From Nitrospinaceae bacterium (GTDB lineage: Bacteria; Nitrospinota; Nitrospinia; Nitrospinales; Nitrospinaceae), in the NCBI GenBank assembly GCA_965237905.1, contig OZ250172.1, forward strand, positions 2,016,001-2,080,000: 64,000 nucleotides of DNA, written 5' to 3'. The notes beneath the pieces were generated by a model. It was given only the letters and a program-made list of their open reading frames with translations, was not told the origin of the DNA and searched no databases. Position 1 is the stretch's first letter, and every line of letters starts with the position of its first letter. The translations under genes and the position numbers were made by a program. Shown in pieces: positions 1-9,321 of the stretch.

Positions 1-161
1 CAATTCTCTACGAAGATGCAGAAGAAGCCGGGGCCTTTGATCTGGATGAAGAAGATGTCGATACCACTCCCAGCGATGACTGGTGTCGTTCGGATTTGTC
101 GGGCATTGAAGCGTCGGAAGATTACAACGAAATGTTCGATCAGGATCCCGGGGACAATTAA
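1..161 (+). CDS. 3' end of a gene truncated by the window edge; very acidic C-terminus
   Basis: Open frame from position 3 (ILYEDAEEAGAFDLDEEDVDTTPSDDW...DQDPGDN) ends at TAA 159-161. Confidence 0.6.
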   Translation, partial: ILYEDAEEAGAFDLDEEDVDTTPSDDWCRSDLSGIEASEDYNEMFDQDPGDN

Positions 162-303
162 ACCCGGAAAGTATCCTTGAGTTCAGAATTCAGTAGAGAA
201 TCGCTCCCTTTCGTATTTGATTAAAAATCCCACCTCGTGGCTATACCGTGCAATTATGTTTTGGTGATAGCCATTGTTTAATGAGTTTGGAAATCCGTAA
301 ACG

Positions 304-1491
304 ATGCATAAAGCCATCTCACCTTCTTTGCCTGCGGCCAAAAAAATTCTGCTGATCAAGATGGGGGCCGTGGGAGACCTGATCATGGCCTCGTCTCTTT
401 TTGAGGCGGTACGGCAGAACTTCCCGCAGGCCCGGATTTTTCACCTGGTTTCGGATCAGCTGTTCCATACGGTAAAAGCAAACCCCCATATCGATCGATT
501 CATTCCTGCCGACTCCGATGCGCTTTACAAAGGCGGTTGGTTTGCGCGGTTACGGGAAGTATTTCGCTTGATTTCATTATTGCGGAAGGAGCGCTTCGAC
601 ATGGTTTTCGTATTGCACTGGGCCTGGCAATTCAATTTGCTGGCATTGATGTGCGGTATTCCGGTTCGCGTGGGGTTCAAGCGGAAATGGGGAAGGCTGT
701 TTTTGACGCACCGGGTGCGGCCTGACGAAAATCAAAATAACCGGGAAGCCTATCTGAATTTATTAAGGATTTTTGGGGTGTCGGTCCGCTACCAGAAAAG
801 CCATTACTATCTTTCGGAAAAGGAAGACCGTTTTCTGGAAACGTTTGTCGAGGAACACCGGATGGGTGCCGAAGAACAATTGATCGCATTGGCTCCCGGA
901 GGCGGCAGGAACATCAAACAAACCATGCTGACCCGCCTGTGGCCGGTCGACCGTTATATGGAACTGCTCGGCAATATCTTGCAGACGGGCTCTTACCGGA
1001 TCGTGCTGATCGCCGGACCGGACGACGGCCCGGTGATTCAACCCATTCTTGCCCGGTACCCGCAGTGCATTGATACGCGCACCTTGAGTTTCGGTGAAAA
1101 GGCCTCGATCCTACGGCGGTGCCGCCTGTTGGTTGGCAATGATAGCGCTCCCATACATATGGCCACAGCGATGAGTATACCGACGTACTCCCTGTGGGGT
1201 CCGACCAATCCCAAACGCTATGGCGATCCGGTTTTGCACCACACTCCATTTTTCAAGGAGATCGAATGTTCTCCCTGTTATTCGTACGGGGAGTTTCCGG
1301 CGTGTAACGATAACCAGTGCATGCAGGCCATTTCGGTGGCTGAGGTTTGGGAAGTGCTGCAAGCCGCATTAAGCCTGAAAATTCCCAAGCCTGCTTTTAT
1401 TGAAAGCTCCGTACCAGAGAAAGAGTTTCCCGAAGATATCGTTTCCGCTCCGCCAGTGGTCCTGGAGCGCCCCAACCAATCCACTGCCTGA
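304..1491 (+). CDS. Glycosyltransferase family 9 (LPS heptosyltransferase, WaaF/WaaC-like)
   Basis: KILLIKMGAVGDLIM N-terminus, LVGNDSAPIHMATA and GPT motifs, CSPC...C..CM tail typical of GT9. Confidence 0.9.
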   Translation: MHKAISPSLPAAKKILLIKMGAVGDLIMASSLFEAVRQNFPQARIFHLVSDQLFHTVKANPHIDRFIPADSDALYKGGWFARLREVFRLISLLRKERFDMVFVLHWAWQFNLLALMCGIPVRVGFKRKWGRLFLTHRVRPDENQNNREAYLNLLRIFGVSVRYQKSHYYLSEKEDRFLETFVEEHRMGAEEQLIALAPGGGRNIKQTMLTRLWPVDRYMELLGNILQTGSYRIVLIAGPDDGPVIQPILARYPQCIDTRTLSFGEKASILRRCRLLVGNDSAPIHMATAMSIPTYSLWGPTNPKRYGDPVLHHTPFFKEIECSPCYSYGEFPACNDNQCMQAISVAEVWEVLQAALSLKIPKPAFIESSVPEKEFPEDIVSAPPVVLERPNQSTA

Positions 1492-2347
1492 AATTCACCG
1501 CCAGAATATTTTTCCTCATCTTGAAACCCAGATAAATTTTTAACAGTTTAAGGTCGGTTTCTTCCAAGTGTTTTTTAAAGTAATGAAGCTGGCTTCTGCG
1601 GTATTCCAGCGCGCTTTGTTCCGGATTAGACCGGACGCTTCCGCCGCCGAAATGAATCACTTCCGCTTCGGGGGTATAGCGCACCTGCCAGCCTGACTGA
1701 CGGATGCGCTGGCACAGATCGGCATCTTCCAGATACATGAAAAAAGTTTCGTCCATCAATTTTGCTTCTAATAGGGCCTGCCGGCGCGATAGCATGCAGG
1801 CCCCCTTCACCCAGTCCACTTCCCTTTCGCGGGAATGCAGGGAACGCAACACCCAGCCAACGGGAGGGAAACGGTGGTTCTCCCAAAGGTTGAAGAAAAT
1901 TTTGCGAATCACTTCGTTTCGAATGCTCACCTCGTAACCAAAGGATTGCTGAAGACTGCGGTCGGCATTCAGTAACCGGCACCCCAGGAGCCCCGTTTCG
2001 GGAGACTGATCCATTTCCTTCAGCAGAGTGGTGAGGGTTTTCGGCAGGACTACAGTATCCGGATTCAACAGCAGAATAGACCGCCCCTGCGATTGAGAGA
2101 TTCCCTGATTGTTGCCACGCGCGAATCCCAGGTTTTCCGGATTGGCGATCAAACGTGCATTCGGGAATTCGTTGCGAATGATATCCGGCGTCCCATCCTG
2201 CGAGGCATTGTCCACCACGATCACCTCGTGGTCGATGCCCCCGGCGGCTCGCTGGACCGATTCCAGGCAGTCACGCACGTGTCTTCGTGAATTGTACGTG
2301 ACCACGATGATGGATAATTCCAATGTGCCTGAGTTGGGATCGGTCAT
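1397..2347 (-). CDS. Glycosyltransferase family 2 (rhamnosyltransferase-like)
   Basis: SIIVVTYNS, VVDNASQDGT, NLGFARGNN, LLLNPD, FFMYLEDADLC; ATG at 2347 overlaps the upstream stop (ATGA). Confidence 0.9.
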   Translation of the reverse strand: MTDPNSGTLELSIIVVTYNSRRHVRDCLESVQRAAGGIDHEVIVVDNASQDGTPDIIRNEFPNARLIANPENLGFARGNNQGISQSQGRSILLLNPDTVVLPKTLTTLLKEMDQSPETGLLGCRLLNADRSLQQSFGYEVSIRNEVIRKIFFNLWENHRFPPVGWVLRSLHSREREVDWVKGACMLSRRQALLEAKLMDETFFMYLEDADLCQRIRQSGWQVRYTPEAEVIHFGGGSVRSNPEQSALEYRRSQLHYFKKHLEETDLKLLKIYLGFKMRKNILAVNFRQWIGWGAPGPLAERKRYLRETLSLVRSFQ

Positions 2348-3969
2348 TGAGTTTCTATTGGGGAAGGTTTGTTTTCGGCCAACCGGACCCGTTTCAAATA
2401 CAGCCATTCCATGGCGTTGAGGCCCAGGTTCTGTACATGAGGTTTCACCAGCACGTTTTGAGCGGCAACGAAAAGAGAGATGATAGCAGAGTCGGTCTCG
2501 GTCAACAAAATTTGTGCTTCATTATAAATGGTTTGCCGGGTCTCGGGGTCCTGCTCGGCCGCTCCCTGGGCGATCAAACGATCATAACGTTCATTTTTCC
2601 ACTGAAGGCGATTGTTACCGCTGGTGGAGATGAACAGGTTCATGAAATTGTCGGGGTCCGGAAAATCGGCTCCCCAACCCAGCCGGAACACTGCAGGCGG
2701 ATCGACATCCAGCTTTTTCAAATAAACCTTCCATTCCTGATCTTCCAGACCCACCTCCAGTCCCAAGTGCTTTTTCCATTGCGCCTGCACGAACTGGGCG
2801 ATGAGGCGGTGGGTGGGATCGGTATTATAAGCAATGCTGAACGATGGAAATTTCTTTCCTGCGGGGTATCCGGCTTCCGCAAGTAATGCCCGTGCTTTTT
2901 CGAGATCGAATGCAGGACCGATTTTGGAGTTGTACCCGAACATGCCCTTGGGGATCCAGGAGGACGTCGGCCATTCGCCGCCTTTTAAAATGATGGGAAT
3001 CTGTGACCGGTCGATGGCGTGGGCAAGTGCCCGCCGCACTCGTACTTTGTCGAACGGGTGTTTGGTCACGTTAAAGCCGTAGTAGTAACCGCGAAGCAAC
3101 GGAAGATTTTTATACTCGGCGTGGGTCTTGTAATGAGGAATCGCCACCGGCGGGAGTCCCACCATATCCAATTCTCCCGTTTCATACAGGGTCAATTCCG
3201 TAGTTGGGTTGCGGACCACATACATGATGATCCGGTTCAGTGCCGGTTGGGCGTCATAATAATTCGGATTCGATTGGAGCACCAGTTTGTATTCGTGGTA
3301 CCACTGGTCGAGGGTGAAAGGACCGTTGGTGACGATATGCTCCGGGTCGGTCCAGCGGTCGCCGTGTTGTTCGATCACATCCCGGCGTTGCGGAAAGGTG
3401 ACCATGAAGGTGGTGAGACTGGGAAAATAAATGACCGGTCGCTTGAGGCGCACCTGCAGGATGGTTGGAGAAAGGGCCTTCACGCCCACTTGTCCGGCGT
3501 CTTTAATTTTACCGGAATTGTATTCGGCGGCGTTTTCGACATCGAATAGAAAATAAGCGTATTGAGCGGCGGTATCGGGATTGAGCAGTCGCTTCCAAGA
3601 GTACTCGAATTGCTGGGCAGTGACCGGCTGGCCGTCCGTCCACTTCACATCATCGCGCAGATAAAAGGTAATCACGCGCCCGCCTTCGGAAAATTCCCAA
3701 CGCTTGGCGATAGCGGGAACCGGTTCCAGTCGATCGTTGTACTGGGTCAAACCCTCCATGATATTGGTCAACACGTTGAAGGATACGCCGTCGGTGGCCA
3801 GGGACCAGTCGAGCGTGGGCGGTTCGGTGGTCACCGCGATGCGCAGGGTCTTGTCCTCCACGGCAGAGGGTTCGCCGGAACAACCCGCTAGCCACAAGGC
3901 GCTTACCAGGGCCAAGATCCCCATTCCCCGGTGGAGGAGAGGTTTGCCGATATTCGGGATCGTCTTCAT
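2344..3969 (-). CDS. Peptide ABC transporter substrate-binding lipoprotein (OppA family)
   Basis: Lipobox LAGC; KWTDGQPVTAQQFEYSWKRLLNPDTAA, TNGPF and GWGADFPDP motifs of SBP family 5; start chosen at MKTIP. Confidence 0.9.
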   Translation of the reverse strand: MKTIPNIGKPLLHRGMGILALVSALWLAGCSGEPSAVEDKTLRIAVTTEPPTLDWSLATDGVSFNVLTNIMEGLTQYNDRLEPVPAIAKRWEFSEGGRVITFYLRDDVKWTDGQPVTAQQFEYSWKRLLNPDTAAQYAYFLFDVENAAEYNSGKIKDAGQVGVKALSPTILQVRLKRPVIYFPSLTTFMVTFPQRRDVIEQHGDRWTDPEHIVTNGPFTLDQWYHEYKLVLQSNPNYYDAQPALNRIIMYVVRNPTTELTLYETGELDMVGLPPVAIPHYKTHAEYKNLPLLRGYYYGFNVTKHPFDKVRVRRALAHAIDRSQIPIILKGGEWPTSSWIPKGMFGYNSKIGPAFDLEKARALLAEAGYPAGKKFPSFSIAYNTDPTHRLIAQFVQAQWKKHLGLEVGLEDQEWKVYLKKLDVDPPAVFRLGWGADFPDPDNFMNLFISTSGNNRLQWKNERYDRLIAQGAAEQDPETRQTIYNEAQILLTETDSAIISLFVAAQNVLVKPHVQNLGLNAMEWLYLKRVRLAENKPSPIETQ

Positions 3970-4088
3970 TGAGCCCAAGGATATCATTGACTTGGGCGAG
4001 TCCCAACGGGTTTTAAAATATCGATTTAATTGCTTTACTTTTTCATGGGACTCGATAAAATCAACGTTTCCCAAATTTTCGAGCAATT

Positions 4089-4769
4089 ATGGCACCCAAA
4101 GTAAACTTTGAAGACCTGACGTGGATTCGCCGCTGGGTCAAAAAAGGCTTGAGCAAGGATAAAAAGACCCTGGATTTGTCCAACCGCCGCTTCAATTTGC
4201 AAATTGCGATTGAAGTGGCTGAAGGTATGGCGGTCCCGGGAATCGAGATCCTGTACATGCACGGCTGTTGGCTGAAGGACCCCTATATGGAGGAATTGGC
4301 CGTATCCGACCTGTTCGCTCCCGTGAAGGAGCTCTGGATGTATGAGAACAGCATTGGTAGTGAAGGAGTCCGGTATATCGCCGAATCGGAAAAGTTCGAA
4401 AATCTGCACTATTTGAGCCTTTATTCGAACAAAATCGGACCCGAGGGGGCGGTCGCGCTGGCGGAATCTCCGCATCTGTCCCGGCTGGAAACGCTCGACC
4501 TGTCGTTCAACAAGGTGGGCGATGAAGGGGCGGCCGCACTGGCCCAATCCAAACATCTGAACCGGCTCAAAGTTCTGCATCTGGATGCCAACGGCATCGG
4601 TGCCGCAGGCATGGCGGCTCTGGCCGAATGTTCCGGCCTGCGCAACCTCACGACCCTCAATCTGACCTACAACCGGATGGAGCCCGACGGACTCGAATTA
4701 TTGGCGGCCTCCCCGCGCCTCAAGCAATTGGAAACATTTAAATCGGACGCTCCCCAAGAAGATGACTGA
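4089..4769 (+). CDS. Leucine-rich repeat protein (RNI-like, 27-aa repeats)
   Basis: Repeats of LxxLxLxxNxIGxxGAxALAxS, e.g. LHYLSLYSNKIGPEGAVALAESPHLSR. Confidence 0.9.
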   Translation: MAPKVNFEDLTWIRRWVKKGLSKDKKTLDLSNRRFNLQIAIEVAEGMAVPGIEILYMHGCWLKDPYMEELAVSDLFAPVKELWMYENSIGSEGVRYIAESEKFENLHYLSLYSNKIGPEGAVALAESPHLSRLETLDLSFNKVGDEGAAALAQSKHLNRLKVLHLDANGIGAAGMAALAECSGLRNLTTLNLTYNRMEPDGLELLAASPRLKQLETFKSDAPQEDD

Positions 4770-6252
4770 TAGCCTGCAATCCCAAAACGACGATCAACAC
4801 ATCCTCGACGTAATCCAAGAAAAACTCGGCTGGCAATTGCCGAATCTGGATTTGAGTTACGAGCGATTGGGAGATGTGGGTGTGACGTTTCTCGCGCGGA
4901 AGAACAACTTATCCCACGTGCGGGTGTTGAACCTGAGCTGGAACGAGATTTCGGATGCCGGACTGCGGGCTCTGGCGGCATGCACGACTCTGACCAATTT
5001 GACTCACCTGCATTTGGATTCCAACCGGATCGGCGACGCGGGGGCTCAGGTCCTGGCGGATTCCGCGTACCTGGGTCGTGTGAAATTGATCAACCTGACC
5101 AACAATCGGGTGAGTGACGCAGGCGCTTTGGCCCTGATCAAATCGGCACAACTGCCGAATCTGGAGTTTCTGGAATTGGAACTCAATCAGGTTGGATCGA
5201 GCCGGTTAAGCCGGTTTCCGGATGGTGCGGCCAACGCTTGTTTGAAATGGCTGAACTTAAGGAGCAATCAAATCAGCAGTGGGACTCTGGAGGACTGGGT
5301 GCAGACGGGAGCATTTGCGCCGCTGACACATTTGAACCTGGGTTGGAACCAGATTGACGATGCCGGCGCTAAACTGTTGGCCCATTCCCCGACCATCGCT
5401 CAGCTGGAGACGCTGTTATTGAACTCGAATCACGTCAACACAGAGGGTGCGAACGCCCTGGCGCAGTCCAAAAACCTCCCCAACATCCGCGAATTGTTCA
5501 TGCATGACAACGATTTCAATCAGGATGGAAAAATTGCACTCAACGATATGCATATCCGGCAATTGATTCGGAAGCATCTGGAGGGGACGACTCTAAGCAT
5601 CAATGGCAAGCGGCTGAACAACAGCGGTTTGGAAGCCCTGGCCCGGTGTCCGGAACTGGCCAAGGTGGAAACGTTATCCTTGCGCAATAACCATTTCGAT
5701 CACAAAGGTTTGATCGCTCTGGTGGCATCTCCCCATCTCAAAGCTCTGAAAGTGCTGAATGTGATGGATAACCCGATCGGCAATAAAGGAGTGGTGGGGA
5801 TGGTCGAGTCGGCTTCGTTTGATGGATTGCGGCGTTTGAATCTGGAGCGTACCGAATTAACCTCTTCCGGAATTCTGGCGCTGGCGGTTTCCAAAAAACT
5901 TTCCGCGCTTGAAGAACTGAATGTCAGTCACAACGATCTCGGAGACCGCGGCGCCCGCATTCTGGCCGCTTCCGAATTATTGGTCCAACTTCAGCGCCTG
6001 TTTCTGTGGAACACCCATATCGGTGATGAAGGTTTGCGGGCCATCGCCTATTCCCCCTATTTGACCCGGTTGCATGAGTTGAAAGTCTGCAACAACCAGA
6101 TCGGTCCCAAAGGCATTCAGGCGCTGGCCGAATCGGATAAATTGTCCAGCCTTCAAAAGTTGGATCTCAGAAACAATCGGTTCAACGTCAATACCTTCGT
6201 GCACTTTACCCATTCCCCGAAGTTCAAGGCATTGCAAGAATTCCGATTCTGA
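4762..6252 (+). CDS. Leucine-rich repeat protein (RNI-like), two LRR blocks
   Basis: Many LxxLxLxxNxIxxxGxxxLA repeats; overlaps the previous gene by 8 nt. Confidence 0.9.
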   Translation: MTDSLQSQNDDQHILDVIQEKLGWQLPNLDLSYERLGDVGVTFLARKNNLSHVRVLNLSWNEISDAGLRALAACTTLTNLTHLHLDSNRIGDAGAQVLADSAYLGRVKLINLTNNRVSDAGALALIKSAQLPNLEFLELELNQVGSSRLSRFPDGAANACLKWLNLRSNQISSGTLEDWVQTGAFAPLTHLNLGWNQIDDAGAKLLAHSPTIAQLETLLLNSNHVNTEGANALAQSKNLPNIRELFMHDNDFNQDGKIALNDMHIRQLIRKHLEGTTLSINGKRLNNSGLEALARCPELAKVETLSLRNNHFDHKGLIALVASPHLKALKVLNVMDNPIGNKGVVGMVESASFDGLRRLNLERTELTSSGILALAVSKKLSALEELNVSHNDLGDRGARILAASELLVQLQRLFLWNTHIGDEGLRAIAYSPYLTRLHELKVCNNQIGPKGIQALAESDKLSSLQKLDLRNNRFNVNTFVHFTHSPKFKALQEFRF

Positions 6253-6286
6253 TTTCATACAGGAAAACTGAAAGGAGGGGAGGGCC

Positions 6287-6859
6287 TTACTGGTTTTTGC
6301 GGGTCATTTCGACTTCACTCGAAGCCAGGATTTTTTGGACTCTAGCCAGCTCGGAAGTAAACTGCTCGAACTTTTCTTTGTGCTTTTCGTCTTTGTTCAA
6401 ATTATTGATGAACTCTTCCAACGTTTTTAAGTTTTTACTTTTGGATAATTCTTCCTTCAGGATCTTTATTTTCTTTTCAAGCTCTGCAAACGCGGGATCC
6501 TTGCGGGACAGCTCTTCAGAAAACTCGGGGAACCAGTCCAGATTGGCAAAAGCGTGCAACCCTTTATCCCGGATGATCAAATCCGGGTGCTTGTCGGACA
6601 TGTATTGAAACTTTTTGGTGTCGTATTCCATCTCTTTCATACGCCATTCAATACTGTCGTCAGCGACCGGTTTCAATTCCGGACGGTCCACCACAACGAT
6701 GTCATAGAGCTTCAGCATCCAGTCCTTTTTGACCTGTGACAGGGTATCCCAAGCCGGGGCCCCCGTTTTGGGTATATTATCCCCTGCCAGGACCGTGCCT
6801 GCTTGAAGCAACAGGACCACCAGAATAACCAATAGATTGCGCATGACTTTCTTCAGCAT
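6287..6859 (-). CDS. Exported helical hypothetical protein
   Basis: Signal peptide (LLVILVVLLLQAGTVLA-G), charged helical body, GAGG upstream. Confidence 0.75.
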   Translation of the reverse strand: MLKKVMRNLLVILVVLLLQAGTVLAGDNIPKTGAPAWDTLSQVKKDWMLKLYDIVVVDRPELKPVADDSIEWRMKEMEYDTKKFQYMSDKHPDLIIRDKGLHAFANLDWFPEFSEELSRKDPAFAELEKKIKILKEELSKSKNLKTLEEFINNLNKDEKHKEKFEQFTSELARVQKILASSEVEMTRKNQ

Positions 6860-6990
6860 TGATGTAAATCCTCGAAAAAACGTTGTAATGCCTTATATAA
6901 GTGTATTTCTATTATATCGCAGTCTTTAAAATATGGGATGTTAAATCAAAAAAAAACCAGAGAACGGCTGGAAGCAGGCTAAAAACAAGC

Positions 6991-7023
6991 AAAAAAATCC
7001 CCGGAACCAAAGTTCCGGGGATT
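6991..7023 (-). terminator. Intrinsic terminator of the NuoF-like gene
   Basis: AATCCCCGGAAC-caaa-GTTCCGGGGATT perfect stem with an A7 run (U-tract on the minus strand). Confidence 0.85.
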
Positions 7024-7061
7024 CTTATTCGGGGGCTGCTTAATCTTCAGGTGATGGTGGA

Positions 7062-8885
7062 TCAGGCAATCGCCAGGAAATTACAGGCTTGGTAGCAGGC
7101 GTTGCAGTTGATGCACAGGTCCATATCGATGTGGGCCGCGACCTTTTTGGTGCCGCCGGTAATAGCCCCAGTGGGGCATGGTTTGATGCACGCGCCACAG
7201 GCCACACAATCGTCTTCTTTCACAAAGTATATGTAGAGACCGGTACACATGGCCGCATCGCATACCTGATCGACAATATGGCGCTCGTATACTTTGCGGA
7301 AATACTTGAGCCCGGTCAGCACCGAATAAACGGCGGTTTCGCCTAAGCCGCACAGTGAAGTGACATTGATTTCTTCACACATGGCCTGCAGTTTGTCGAG
7401 ATATTCAATTTTGCCGCGGCCTTCGGCGATATCGTCCAGCATGTTTTTGATGAGGGTCAACCCAATACGGCAGGGGGTGCACTTGCCGCAGGTTTCCGCT
7501 TCGTTGAAGCCGATGGAAAATCGGGTCAGGTCGACCACGCAGGCGGACTCGTCATAAGCCGACAGGCTGGCCTGGCCCATGAGGGCGCCGGCCTCGAGAA
7601 GGCTTTCGTAATCGGTTTTGATGTCGATTTTATCCGGGGGTAAAAACCCGCCGGTCACGCCGCCGATATGCACTACCTTCAACTCTTTTTTCTTGAGGAT
7701 GCCGCCGCAATAATCCTCGACGATCTCCCGGACGGTGGTGTTCATATCGAATTCCATGAGCCCGTTGTACTTGATGTTGCCCGCCAACGCCCAGGTTTTA
7801 CATCCATGCGCGTTGTCCGGTCCCATGGAACGGTGCCAGTCGGCGCCTTTACTAATGATAAAAGGTACCGTCGCATACGTTTCGGCGTTGTTGAGACTGG
7901 TGGGGTAACCGAACAACCCTTTCTCCGATGAATGCGGAGGCTGGGCTTTCGGGAACGGCCGTTTGCCTTCGACCGACTCCATCAGCGCGGTGGACTCGCC
8001 GCCGATAAACGCTTCCATGCCTTCATGCACGTAACCATCGATGCTGAAGTCGGTTCCCATGATGTTGTTGCCGAGAAAACCGCGTTCGCGGGCCTGCTCC
8101 AGCGCCATGTTCAGGCGCCGCACCGCAATGCCGTAATCGGAACGGGTGTAGATGATCGCCTCGGTCGCCTGAATGGCATAGGCACCGATCAATAAACCTT
8201 CCAGAACCTGATGGGGAGAGCCTTCCATAACACTGCGGTCCATGTAGGAAGACGGGTTGCCTTCGTCACCGTTGACCATGATGAAGCGTTTTTCGGCCTG
8301 CTGGTTGGCGGCTTTTCCCCATTTTTCACCCGTGATAAAACCGCCGCCGCCTTTACCGCGCAGATTGGATTTCTTGATTTCAGCGATGACTTCCGCCGGC
8401 TTCATGGTGGTCAATACTTTTTTGAGCGCTTCGTAACCGCCGACTGCAATGTATTCGTCGATGTTTTCGGGATCGATATTGCCGCCGTGCGCCAGGGCCA
8501 CGCGCGTCTGCTTATCGAGCTTTTCGTAATAATCCGGTTTGGCCGCGCCTTTGGCGACGGGTTTGCCGCCGATGATGTGATCCGTCATGATCTTGGCCAC
8601 CATGTCCGGCTTGACGCGTTCATAGGTGACGCGCGGCTGGCCGGGAACATAGACATCCACCAGAACGTCGCGACTGCAATAACCGCGGCAACCGACCTGA
8701 CCCAGAGAGCAACCGCCCTTTTCCATGATTTCGGCGGCGGCCTTGTGCTCTTCGATTTGTTTTTCGAATTCCTGATAGACCAGTTCCGCACCTTCTGCGA
8801 TACCGCTCAGGCTTTTGCACACGGTGATTTTAACCGTGTCTTTTTTCGTGCTTGAGGCTTTGGCCTGTTCCGCCACAGCTTCCAT
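7062..8885 (-). CDS. NuoF/HydB-like NAD(P)H-binding flavoprotein: N-terminal thioredoxin-like [2Fe-2S] domain, FMN domain, [4Fe-4S] site, C-terminal 2x[4Fe-4S] ferredoxin
   Basis: VGCRGYCS, LRGKGGGGF, NGDEG, ETCGKCTPCRIG, SLCGLG, CVACGACIKPCP...CINCNACYQAC. Confidence 0.9.
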   Translation of the reverse strand: MEAVAEQAKASSTKKDTVKITVCKSLSGIAEGAELVYQEFEKQIEEHKAAAEIMEKGGCSLGQVGCRGYCSRDVLVDVYVPGQPRVTYERVKPDMVAKIMTDHIIGGKPVAKGAAKPDYYEKLDKQTRVALAHGGNIDPENIDEYIAVGGYEALKKVLTTMKPAEVIAEIKKSNLRGKGGGGFITGEKWGKAANQQAEKRFIMVNGDEGNPSSYMDRSVMEGSPHQVLEGLLIGAYAIQATEAIIYTRSDYGIAVRRLNMALEQARERGFLGNNIMGTDFSIDGYVHEGMEAFIGGESTALMESVEGKRPFPKAQPPHSSEKGLFGYPTSLNNAETYATVPFIISKGADWHRSMGPDNAHGCKTWALAGNIKYNGLMEFDMNTTVREIVEDYCGGILKKKELKVVHIGGVTGGFLPPDKIDIKTDYESLLEAGALMGQASLSAYDESACVVDLTRFSIGFNEAETCGKCTPCRIGLTLIKNMLDDIAEGRGKIEYLDKLQAMCEEINVTSLCGLGETAVYSVLTGLKYFRKVYERHIVDQVCDAAMCTGLYIYFVKEDDCVACGACIKPCPTGAITGGTKKVAAHIDMDLCINCNACYQACNFLAIA

Positions 8886-9321
8886 GGGGCTTCTCCTATG
8901 ACTCTATATAATCATTGAATTTAAGTTTCTTAATAGCCGTTCATCCTCCAGGGGAGGGTAAACAGGAAGATGCAGATAATAATATAAATTCGCACAGGTT
9001 CCAAGGAATTTCCATAAAATCCGGCATGGATGTATGGAAAAGTCTCCGGGCCTGATCGTTGAAATGAAAGAAAATACGCTCTCTTACAAGTCGAGAAAAG
9101 AGGTCCAATGGGCAATTCAGGTATCCAGTGCCGAAACCTCCTCAATCTTCACCCTTTAACCTCAAGTATATCACTCTCATCCGAAGAAATTTAACGAGAA
9201 ATAGAGCTCAGAGCCGTTTTCCCCGGATGGGTTGCTGGCAGATTGTGCAACACCCGGGACTTGCAGGCGTTATGGCCGAAAGAGGCAAATGGGGGCTCCA
9301 ACAGGGTTAATGCCCTTCGGT

